From the NCBI RefSeq assembly GCF_001194135.2, contig NC_068981.1:37681315-37745314 (forward strand): a DNA stretch of 64,000 nucleotides, written 5' to 3'. A program made the translations under genes and the position numbers. Each line of letters begins with the position of its first letter. The first letter of the stretch is position 1. Source of the DNA: Octopus bimaculoides (taxonomy: Eukaryota). Under the pieces are notes generated by a model. It worked only from the letters and a program-made list of their open reading frames with translations. It searched no databases and was not told the DNA's origin. Positions 12,942 to 24,117 of this stretch are shown one piece after another.

Positions 12942-14094
12942 CTGATGATGTGGANNNNNNNNNNNNNNNNNNNNNNNNNNNNNNNNNNNNNNNNNNNNNN
13001 NNNNNNNNNNNNNNNNNNNNNNNNNNNNNNNNNNNNNNNNNNNNNNNNNNNNNNNNNNNNNNNNNNNNNNNNNNNNNNNNNNNNNNNNNNNNNNNNNNNN
13101 NNNNNNNNNNNNNNNNNNNNNNNNNNNNNNNNNNNNNNNNNNNNNNNNNNNNNNNNNNNNNNNNNNNNNNNNNNNNNNNNNNNNNNNNNNNNNNNNNNNN
13201 NNNNNNNNNNNNNNNNNNNNNNNNNNNNNNNNNNNNNNNNNNNNNNNNNNNNNNNNNNNNNNNNNNNNNNNNNNNNNNNNNNNNNNNNNNNNNNNNNNNN
13301 NNNNNNNNNNNNNNNNNNNNNNNNNNNNNNNNNNNNNNTATATATATATATATATATTCCCATCTACAGTTTCTTTCTTATTCTTTTTTAAGAGGAGAGT
13401 CATTTTAGTGTTTAGATATGAATTTCTGAACTACTCTTACCAAAGCTTCTGAACAACTGCAAGGCATTTTACTACCTGTATCAAAATTTAATCAAAAACA
13501 AGGCTAAGTATTGTAACTAAACTCCCTACACTTTTCATACTAAACGGAAAGTTTGGTGTGTGTCTATGTGCTGTTGTACATTTGAATGTTCATGTGTGCA
13601 TGAGTATATGTATAAGTAATGGGTTTTGTGACTATATATGTGGATTAAAGATATATTACATTTGTGTAATATATTAATAAATAAACAGAAGAAAACCTAT
13701 ACTGTGCGGCAGAGTTATCGGTTATCAGATCAATATGGCTGAGAGTAAAGTTTCATAGTTATGAAAGGAACGATCAGCATTAATATAATTCAAATAAATG
13801 GAAAGGGAAGTTATGGCATGTTTTGCATATCTTACTGCAAAATGTTAATACTGCGAGGAAAAGGAAATGTTTTCAACTAAGTATTGTAAGCAAGTAACAA
13901 ATTTCAGCATAAATAGTCAATGATGAAAATGGTTTCTGATTTAAGCAGAAGACCAGAAGTTTGAAGCGAGAATTTTTACGCTTACATTGACACTAGTTCC
14001 TTATTTCATTGACCCCAGAAGAACGAAGGGCAAAGTTAACCGTGGTGGGATTTGAACTCGATAACGATGATGACGATGACAATGATGATAAACT

Positions 14095-14483
14095 GAGCAA
14101 ATATAAGTATCTGGAGATTGAAACTGAAAGAATGCTGCATCTCAAAATAACAACATTACCTGTTATTATTGGAGCACTTAGAATGATATCAAGATGAGTA
14201 AACACGTATGTGGACCAAATCCCTGGCAGCCCCCAAATAAGTGAAATACAAAAGATCATACTTATAGCTAATCCACATGTTCTGCGTGAAATCCACTTCG
14301 TGTAAATGCAGCCTTACTCACTCTGTGTTTGTTTTTTCTCCCACAGACATATATGTTTTCAGTTGCATTGTACCTCGTATATTAGCATCTTTAAATGTAA
14401 GACCTTGTTGTCCCTTGACGTTTCTGGTTGAGATTTGGGTTCAACTCGTATAAAGTAAAGCAATATCGAAACATAACATAATA

Positions 14484-14563
<80 letters not shown>
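14095..14563 (+). mobile_element. R4/Dong-type RLE LINE extreme 3' end with (TAA)n tail
   Basis: KYKYLEIETERMLHLKITTLPVIIGALRMI, then QIPGSPQISEIQKI; UTR; (TAA)n at 14478-14563. Confidence 0.75.
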
Positions 14564-14566
<3 letters not shown>

Positions 14567-14599
14567 GTGGCAGAGGCCTTATACAGCTAAAAAAAAATA

Positions 14600-14940
14600 T
14601 AGGTAGGGGTATTTGAAGGGAACGGAATCAAACATTCGGTGATGAGGAAAAGGATCAGAAGAGAATTTTATAGGCAATACTCAAGACAGAGCTGAATGTA
14701 AGAAACAGGATCGAAGTGATCAATACTTTAGCCATACAAGTCGTGACTTACAGTTTCAATATCATTAACTGATCAATTACTGAAATATGTAATCTTGACA
14801 GAAAAATACGAAAAAGTTAACAATGCATAGAATGCACTACCCCAAGAAAGATATAGAACGACTTGACCTGCCAAGAAAAGAGGGTCACCGTGGACTTTTA
14901 CAACTGGAATTAACAATGAAGATTGCCACAATTGAGCTGA
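14600..14940 (+). mobile_element. R4/Dong-type LINE internal (post-RT) fragment
   Basis: ILKTELNVRNRIEVINTLAIQVVTYSF and MHRMHYPKKDIERLDLPRKEGHRGLLQLE (cf. HPKADxERLYLPRKEGGRGL). Confidence 0.8.
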
Positions 14941-16610
14941 AGATTATCCTGAATGGTTCTACCGGGAATGGCACATGTCTGTGCCTTCCTGATCAAGCCA
15001 TCCGCGACACACGCCAATCTTTTCGATAACACTTTGGCCAAAGTCTTCAAATCTGTGTTTAGCAGAGTGATGGGCCAACAATTATCAATGCAATCCCCCT
15101 TGTTCGAGTCCTTTCTGACAAGTGTCACCACTACCCGGCCCACAGATCTAGGAATGAACCCATTCTGCTCCCAGTTTGCGTAGACATTCACCAGCAGGTG
15201 CCCAAACAAGTCTGGCATACCCTTATACAGTTCATAGGGTAGACCATCAAGTCCCGGCGCCTTACCCGCGTCGCAGTCCGCCATAGCCTCAATTACTTCC
15301 TCAGGCGTAATCTGCCCTTCACAACAGTCCGCGTCCTGCTCCGAGTGGCGCGACAGCCCGGAGAGGAAGTCCGTTAGGTCCCTCCTACTGCCCCCCGCCC
15401 CGAAAAGATAGGCAAAGTGCTTCTGAAAGACCTCACACATCTCCTCTGGCTTGTTTATCAGGTTATCTCGTTGGCTCGTCAAAGATCGAATTGTGCCATC
15501 GTTACCACGTTGGGCTTCCACCACTTGGGCCCATCCTGCATCTTTGATTTCTTCACAACTCAATGCACGAATCCTAGCTCTGACGATGCAACCCATATGT
15601 TGGGCTTCGAGGTGCTGGTCTAACGCCAGTCTCTTGGCCGTTACCTGAGCTGCAGAGCCAGATTCCATTGCTTCCACTAAGTCCTTAGCTAATGCTAATC
15701 CCTTCCTAGTCTCTCTAGCCACTAAACATATGCTATATCTAATAGACTCAAATTTAATGGCTTGCTTGAGGGCATACCACCATTTGTTATTAATAATAGA
15801 TCCGGTTAATGCCCTCTGAATCAATAATTTAATCCGGTCTTTGTACTCCTTAATCGCCAAAAGAGACGAATTAAGTTTCCAGTAGCCGGATCCTCTATTA
15901 TATAACTTATCTATGTCGAGCGTACAGGTGACCATTTTATGATCACTGTAGCTGACCGGGAAAAACTGTGGACACCTAACAATATCCTTTCTAATTAACA
16001 CCATATCTAGGTATAACTGGAAGATCTGTCGCTGTTTGACCATGTCCACAATGGAGCGTTCGGAAATTCCAGTCTATAAGGATCTGCTAGCTCAAAGTGA
16101 CTTAGCAGTTCCAGGAAGCAAGGATTACCTCTTCTATCAGAACACGAGCCAACATAATCTACGCGTGCGCCGCAGATTGTGTTATAGTCTCCTAGCACAA
16201 CTAGAGAATGTGATGTACCGAGAAACTTCTCCAGGTTCCGAAAATACTCACTTTGCCCGTTTTCAGTGGGTGCATAAAATGCAACCAGTCTGATAATCTT
16301 ACCACGACTGAGCGTCAAATCCACGACGACTAGCCTACCTTCTGGATTGAAAAAAAATTAACTTTTCTCAAAAACCCGGTTTCTTTTTAACAGGATCAAC
16401 TCCCACCTCCCGCCAGCAGGACAGCCCCGAGAGAAAAAAAACTCTCGTAGCCATCAAATAGCAGGAGGAGATCTCTTGGCCCCTTAACCGGGTTTCCGTA
16501 GCAACAATGACATCCAAATTACACGACCTGGTGTCATTAAGGAAGCGACCTTGCTTTCAGCTTGACTCTAGGCCACGTACATTCAAACAACCAGTATGAA
16601 TACAAGCCAT
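14935..16610 (-). pseudogene. Tx1/L1-clade ORF2 (APE endonuclease and N-terminal RT), disrupted and 3'-truncated
   Basis: Starts MACIHTGCLNVRGL..DVIVATET; LVAFYAP, VLGDYN, WTWSN, YLD, GYWKLNSSLL, KAPGLDGLPYELY, WPITLLNTDLKTLAKVL, GRTIQDNL. Contains stops and frameshifts and ends before YADD. Confidence 0.9.
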
Positions 16611-18024
16611 CTACTTACCTTGGCACCAGTGGCTTTCGGCCTTGTCTTTTTCCTTTACAAGGGCTCGTGAAGTGGTTTGACATAGGCCCTCGTACATGGA
16701 CTTACTGAAGTCCAACTTATGTCCATGGAAAAGTAGGATTTTAATATTTCGAGATTTGTATCGTCTATGTGGCAGATCAAAATTCCTTCCTGAAGTTTTG
16801 TATAGTGTTCTTTGTATATTTTTGCTGTTGGGATATTTTTGATACGTGTTGACAATTGTTAATTCTTGGCATTTATTGCCACTGATAATAGTTTGTTTTG
16901 TCAGTTTTTTCCGGGACTGCAGGGGAGGGATGATTTTTCCGGGCTGGGTAGAGGGGATGTACGGGAGAGGGGATATCAGGACTGGAGAAGGGCGATGGGA
17001 GGGGTGAAATATCAGGGCTGGAGGGGAGGGAGGGGAGGATATCCGGATCGGAAGGAGGGGATATTGCTGTTCTTTTGGGCGAATAGTTTTGGAGAGGGGT
17101 CGTTTGGATTTCGTGTGTGTCTGCTGAGGGAGCTTTTTTCTTGTTCTTGCTGGATGTTGAGGGGGTGGAATTGGGGTTCTTCCTTCTGAGTACTTTTTTT
17201 TTTTACAGTCGACCAACTGTCTTCACTCCCAGCTGGTTGAGTGTTTTCATTACTGGGAGCCTGCTGGTCGGTCTTCTGTGTCACTGCCTCTTCTTTTTGG
17301 GCCTGTCTCCACCTTACAGGCAGGACAGTTTGCCCGAATCTCCACATTCGAAGCACCGGAGTCTTCTCCCCTCCACCATTACCCGTAAGGCGGTTTCTTC
17401 TCCAAGGTGTATATTTTCCACAATCTTTTCCAGGGTTTGTCGCTCCGCTTGGATGATGATCTCAAGGCCTTCCCCCTTCTAGTTCTGCTGGTGGATTTTT
17501 GAGGCCCATTAGTAGGACTGAGCATAGCCATGTGATGTCAATTTCTGGCGGGATCACTTCTATTGTAACCCTTGATGTGCGTTGTAATCCTTAAGTACGT
17601 TGGCAGCAACACAATGTCTGTAGTTCTCAAGGGTTTCACTGAGTGAGTTTTAGTCTTCTTCTCGCTCTTGAAATAGACCACTACGGTTGCAAAACGTTTC
17701 CCTCTGGTCAGGTACTCTATGTCCTGCCAGATCGGTTGTAAGCATTTTTTAATTTCTTCTTTTGGTGCTTTATCGAGTCTTTTTTTCTTTTATTAACAGG
17801 GTTTTAGACATGATTATTTTCTTGGCAGTTTTCTTTATGATTTCTCTCGGGAGGGTGGCTTTTATGTCGTTTCCTTCCTTCGCAGACATGTTTTGGTGCT
17901 GCATTAGCACACTTCGCTCTATACACAATTTTTCTTTTTTGATTCCAGCCGCAGCTGCAAAATTTATCTTTTTTGGCTGTTCAACAAGTTTCTCTGCCGT
18001 CGGCATGCTTAACATTTCATTCAT
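16611..18024 (-). pseudogene. Tx1-type ORF1 (gag-like, degraded zinc knuckle)
   Basis: MVEGRRLRCFECGDSG followed by frameshifted ANCP (CCHC knuckle missing its His, 17322-17355); Pro/Ser-rich linker; stop TAG directly abuts the ORF2 ATG. Confidence 0.75.
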
Positions 18025-18281
18025 TTTATCACAGATTTGTTTTCCTCTTCAGAGGAAGTATTCATTCTTTAACAAAATTTGTGGAAAAATTCCACAAAAA
18101 TAGATAATTACCCTCCACCCCTCACGGAGGGGAATTAATTGCAGAACGCAATTAATAACAACACAACAAGGAAAAGTTCAGTAACAATAATTTCAACACA
18201 AACCTTCAAATCAAAAATATCACAGAATTATTCGCAAGCCACAATACAGCTAAGCATTTCGCCCGGCGTGCTAACGTTTCT

Positions 18282-18489
18282 TATTTCTTTATTGCACACA
18301 AGGGCATCGACAAGGACAGACAAAGAGATTTAGTCGATTACATCGACCCCAGTGCGTAACTGGTACTTAGTTTATCGATCCCGAAAGGTAAAGTCGACTT
18401 CGGCAGAATTTGAACTCAGAACGTAACGGCAGACGAAATATCGCTAAGCATTTCGCGCGGCGTGCTAACGTTTCTGCCAGCTCGCCGCC
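18282..18489 (-). mobile_element. tRNA-derived SINE family S1, near full length
   Basis: GGCGGCGAGCTGGCAGAAACGTTAGC..GAGTTCAAATTC..AATAAAGAAATA; closely matches 48188-48418. Confidence 0.9.
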
Positions 18490-19499
18490 TTCCTACTCAT
18501 AAAATAGTGCATACATTATAAAATTCTGGACAGTAATAGGATGGGAAATGTAAAGAAAGAGAGGACTGACTAGCTCATTGTATTACAATTAAGCCAACCG
18601 AATACAAAATATAAAAATATATATTTTAAAATATCAAAATAGCTTGAGGAATTTAAAATACTGAATTATGCAAACAAGCAACTGAAACTAATACATATTT
18701 AAGTGTTACCCACAAGACATAGACGAATAAATGTCTTTTTAGTAACATATGACTTAATTTCTTGAGGGAAGTCTCTTTCATTAACTATTCAGTCTTAGTC
18801 TATTATAAATAAGACGTCAATAACTAAATTTAATATTAAAAATTTACAGAAAAATTTGAAGAAACTAAATATAATTTTAAAATAATCTAATATCAAGGGG
18901 TGGTGTAGGTGTAGAATTATTAGATAGTTTGAGATTCAATAATTCGCTACATAGAGAGAAAATTGTTGCATGTTTCATGTTTTTTGTAAACCTATTTACA
19001 TATGTATGAAGGCGTATTTAGTGATTAAGGATATTAGGATCACGGTGGTTAAGACATGGGTTCTCTTCTAGACCAGTTCAAGCGTTGTGTCTTTGAGCAA
19101 GACACCTCCTTTTGAACTGCTTTGTCTATTCAACTGAAAATACTTAGTAGTGGCATGGTGGTAACCTTACAACAGGATTGCATCCTATTCATGGTATGTT
19201 TTCTTCATACTTGTTTAAACGCCGTACAACCCGATATAAGCTCCAGTTTAATAAACCTGTAATTCGGGACTAATTTATTACCTTCGTATTTTTCTATGAC
19301 GTTATTTACAAACAGAATTGACTCAATTAATGTTCATCCTTCGTCATCTGATAAGTGTGTGAAAAACATACATACCATTATAAGTGCATGAGAAACATTT
19401 ATGTAGACCACTATACAATTCAGAATTTCCATCTAGTAGACAACGTTTTGTTAATTATACTACTTACACTTTAAGGGCAGAAAAGACAGACTGTATATC

Positions 19500-19870
19500 T
19501 AAGATGGGATTAACTGTGTTTTAATGCTGAAGGTGTCTTATTTGAAGTGAATTTATAGTTAATCCAATGTAAGATTTAGAGGTTGTGTTTGTTTTCATGG
19601 TTATACAGTAAGTAGTTCCTTTAGATGTAGTTGGTCGTTCGAATGGAGATTCACTTAGACGTTTGCAATTATAAGGCTGTAAAGTTTTAATAGGAAAAGA
19701 ATTACACAATTTAATTTGGCTCATATTCAAACAAAATTATGCAAATTTGAAGTGCTCAAAATGCAGAGGAGGAAATTTTTTATGGAATTTTTTTAATTAA
19801 AATCTTCCAATGATTGATACACGGAGAAATATATAATTTTCTTTTTTTGCAACAGTTCAAAAAGTGTTTA
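19500..19870 (-). mobile_element. Penelope-like element, GIY-YIG endonuclease end
   Basis: SKGTTYCITMKTNTTSKSYIGLTINSLQIRHLQH fits the PLE GIY-YIG pattern; upstream IIGRF..KKFPPLH resembles the PLE linker. Confidence 0.65.
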
Positions 19871-19879
19871 ATGGACCAT

Positions 19880-22800
19880 CATTTTAGTTGCTATGGTCAT
19901 TAAATCGTTGTTAGTAGTACACAGTATCATGAGGATGGACGTGAGGGTCAAAATGACCACACTAATAATAATGATTCCATATGAAATAAGTAGAAAGAGT
20001 GAGAACACTTTAACACAAAACTACTCGATAGAATTTTGTGATGTATCTGCTGATATGTTTTAGAGTTTAATATCCCAACCGTTTTATAACATTCAGTCAA
20101 ACTTCTAGATTCTTCGGCAGAACTACTAGACGAGAATATTTGCAAAATTTATTTTCAAGTCTACTGCTTATTTGATTATACACCAGTTGATCTGACTAGT
20201 CTGACCATTGCTACGCAGGCATTAATGCCTTTTATGGCAATACATTTAATTTCTCGTACCCGATACTTGACTTTTATGGCAATGTAATTAGGGCTTGGCC
20301 CAAAACTCAAGTATGAGCGATGGTCCGAATCCTAAAGGAAGTTTGTTGAATTGACTTTGTTAGAAAGAGAACAGAACGAAGGCAAGTGTGTATGCGTGAA
20401 ACAGTAAAAACTTCACAATTATACTCAGTTCAACTATCTGTAAATTGTAGGGTAAAAAATTATTTTATACATATGACATAGGTGTTCGTACTTGGCAGGC
20501 CAATTCAGGTTCCTACCATTTTTGATAGTAATGTCTTTTGAGGAACAATAGCTTTCAATGCTGAAGGTGTCTGTGTATGTTTACGTAGAGTGTAAAGATA
20601 TGCCTTTGAGTAATTGTAAACTTTTTATTTTATTCTGTCGATTCCAACTGTCTCTTATTTTTCTCTGTGGACATCATTTACAAAATGTTTAATGTATATC
20701 TGCAGAAGATCATAAGGTAGGGTATGTGGTATATTAAACGGCTTTTGCACTACATCATTAGGGACAAAACATGAGACCAGGTAATGATGTTAGTTAGAAC
20801 ATAAGTTTTTATTGTTTGTCTGGGCAGTAATTTTGATGACTCGGGCATATATTGCCGTAGACGATGCCTTAAAAAATTGGGTTAATTCAGTACATAAACT
20901 AGATTCAAACTGCTGGCCCCTATCTGTTGTCATGGCTGGAGTCACTCCCACCAAAAATAAATAGATTCATTAATTAAAACGAAACCCAGTTAAAAAGCAA
21001 TGCTTTCGCTACTGTTTCAGATAAATCTTCAATACAGATAAACAATCAATACAGGACAACTGATAGATATAGACCTGAACAGGCGATAAGGGCCCAATAA
21101 TATCTGTATGTATGCGTTGAGAATATGCATACAGTGTAGCAGAAGTTCCTAAGTGACCTCTGATATGAGGATGAACTTCTGCTTTTTGACAAGATACACG
21201 ATTCCTAACTCAATGACGAACATTCTTGATCATCTCTGGCTAAATTAATGAAGTTGAAATGAATTTCTGTGACGCTGCAACTCCCGGAAGATATAAATTG
21301 AGAAGAGTAGAAAAACAAATCAAGCGTCTTTGTTTGGTAGGTAAGAAATTAGTCGAAGAATCAATTCATATTTAATTTAAAAAAAGAAAAAAAGAAACTA
21401 GGTTACGCAACTGATGAAGAAAATAAGCTCCAATAATTGGATATGGAAGATCAGCTATGATAAAAACCAATTTGTAAACGTTACGTAAATTGAAGTTGAA
21501 CGTCATCGATTTTTCTCCATAAGTTGACATTACTGGGTGGTTTATAGCGTGCAAAGTGACCGCTGTCGGTTGCCATGTGCTTAAAAAAAAACTGTAAGGC
21601 CGAATACTACAGTCACCACTAGCGTCCATGAGAAAATAATATTTCGAAGAAGAATCAAAGAGAAATTAAGGTCTTCCTATAAGTGCCAGGCGACATGTTC
21701 GTTGTTAATCCTTGGCGTTTACGTTTTCCACTTGCTTATAAACAGATTGAAAGGAATAAAATTGTGTACCAAAATTCGAGCTGAATTTGTAATGACACCA
21801 ACACTGAATGATTTTTCTTGCACGAATTAGAACTAGAGAAATTCGCGCCGAATTTCTGAAACGGAAAGCTAAATGTGCAGAAAACGTGGTGTTTCAAAAC
21901 ATTCCATTTTTGCTTTCATTGTCTGGATATTTTCCCTTCACTAAACTCACGAAACTCCGTCAACGCTTTGAAAAAAGGGGAACAAAAGTAGTAGAGGAAG
22001 CTGAAATGAAATGTCGATAATACCCTCCGATAATTATCCCTTATTGTTGCTAAAACTTCTTATACAATCGGCAATAAACGTGACAGGAACAACTGTGTCA
22101 CGAAAAATTCCTCTTAGGAATTATTTTCTAGCAGTTCCTTCATTCTTTGTAGTAGTGTGAAGGCCTTTTATCTCTTAAAGTTTCACTGTGTACAATTGAT
22201 CTAAACGCTTTTGTTGGGAACTGGACGTGTGTTATAATATCTCTAGTTTAATTTCCTGATACGAAATGGTACCTGCAGGAGTTGTGCTTAAGTCCCTTAC
22301 TTCACCACTTAAAGCTGTCGGAAGGACGCTTATTAAGAAATTGATTTGGTGAGATTTTGACTAGATTTTGTGCGTCGAAAAGTGTGCTTCCAATTGCGTG
22401 AAACAAATTACCGTCTCTACTCCACGTCCACGGAAGAGGTGGTGAAAAGGATATAGCTACCCGTGACGCTGGAACAGGAGTTTCATAAGGTGGATGTCAT
22501 TATGTCATTAAGTCATTGTTGGTAGCACACAATATAAGATGGGATGCATTTGAAGGTCAAAATGACCACACTAATATTGATATACGTTTCCATATTCATT
22601 ACTACACGGAACATTCGCATTTACATATGTACAACAATTATTTAAGTAAAACAGTATATTTTAGATAGTGACTCTGCTAGTTAAGTCTTTGCATAAAATA
22701 ATATACTTATATGTAAAACGTTCATGGTTGTTAAATACAGAATATGTAGAAAGAGTGTGAACACCTTACCACAAAACTAACCGACAGAATTCTGCGGAAC

Positions 22801-23045
22801 TGCAGTTGCTCTGTGTGAGAATTCAATATCCCAGTTTTTTATAACCTTCATTCAAGCTTCTAGAATTTTCGGTAGAATTATTAAGGTAGGAAAATCAAAA
22901 AAACTTACCTCTAGGCCTAATGCTTAACTGGTTACAAACCAGCCAATCAGAATGTTCGGATCTTGTTCACGTAGGCATTAATGCCCTTTATGGCAACACA
23001 GGTGATTTCTTGGAGCTGGACTTTGGGTTTTTTATTGTAATATAG
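19880..23045 (-). mobile_element. Degraded Ty3/Gypsy LTR retrotransposon lacking RT/RNase H, with both LTRs
   Basis: gag (FTQLEAHF, SSSQQKRLDQL, QKFGAN) ~21700-22430; protease (TYGEKSMTF..FIIADLPYPIIGAYFL) ~21385-21630; integrase (PGVAASQKFI..VSCQKAE, IHTDIIGPL, TTDRGQQFES) ~20480-21345; diverged direct repeats ~19880-20295 and ~22490-23045. Confidence 0.85.
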
Positions 23046-23059
23046 TTAGGTCGTAATCT

Positions 23060-23300
23060 TTTTTTTCGAACAGGAAATTTTCTCATTTTCTCTTTTTGTA
23101 AGTTAGTGGCATATCATGTATTTTATATGTTTAATAATATTCAGTGAATCCCCTACAGTGGAAAGCCTAATTATAGTATTCAGAAGCATCAACAAATATT
23201 GCTTAATTAAAAGGCTTAGCAAAATAACACAAAATTCTTTGCTCAATTGTTGTCTTAAACAGTCCAGTTAAAAATCCTGGAGTTGAGTTCTTTAAAGAGT
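23060..23300 (-). mobile_element. Continuation of the Penelope remnant beyond the Gypsy insertion
   Basis: IFVDASEYYNxAFHCRGF resembles the PLE ..FxxAAPYYNxALxxSGY segment that lies just upstream of the linker seen at 19740-19860. Confidence 0.45.
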
Positions 23301-23508
23301 TTTTTCAAAAATACTTTAAACTGTATGACTTTAGATAGATTTGAGAACATGCATTTCAGTCTGAGAATATCTCGCCAGCTGCTTTTTGGGCTATTACAAT
23401 CCTTGTCAGCATGTATGTATACAATTATGTGCTTTGACTGCAGCATTAACGCGTTTAGCTCTTATTTCTAGCAATCTATTTGTTTATAACACCCTCAGTC
23501 ATATATGT

Positions 23509-23727
23509 ATCAATGAATATAATATGTGACAATTGGTTGGTTGTCATAATAAAACCCAGAGTTTTGGATACCGGGGCTGGTGTCTGCTCTGGTATCTCAT
23601 CAGTTATTAGGACAGCATTTTGTCTTAATAACTGATGAGATGCTGGAGCAGACTTCAGCCCCAGTATGCGAAACTCTGAGTTTTATTATGACAACAAACT
23701 AATTGTCACATATTATATTTATTGATA
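23509..23727. ncRNA. Palindrome of two head-to-head minimal type I hammerheads (family A)
   Basis: Arms 23509-23614 and 23621-23727, loop GCATTT. Plus arm reads TAATAA-CTGATGA(23632)-stem II-GAAA(23670)-CTCTGAG-T-T-TTATTA. The mirror copy on the minus arm has GAAA>AAAA. Confidence 0.75.
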
Positions 23728-23785
23728 AATTCCTCTATTTTACATATTATCGACGTCTCATTCATTCTTTCGTTGTCATATTAAT

Positions 23786-23831
<46 letters not shown>

Positions 23832-24060
23832 TAGGTATAATGGCATAGCAGTTATATGTATCTTACAGTAAATATTTCAAATAAGAGCAAGGTGTACATA
23901 TGTGAATGTGTGTATACTTATTTGACAAAAGGTGGTGATCACANNNNNNNNNNNNNNNNNNNNNNNNNNNNNNNNNNNNNNNNNNNNNNNNNNNNNNNNN
24001 NNNNNNNNNNNNNNNNNNNNNNNNNNNNNNNNNNNNNNNNNNNNNNNNNNNNNNNNNNNN

Positions 24061-24117
<57 letters not shown>

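Larger units (their letters stand above)
12041..12954. repeat. Long inverted repeat (foldback), right arm interrupted by a SINE
   Basis: 12041-12269 is the reverse complement of 12459-12685 plus 12950-12954 (e.g. GTTAGGCATCCAAATATACTTGGAGCATCTAAC in both arms). The spacer is quasi-symmetric microsatellite. Confidence 0.9.
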
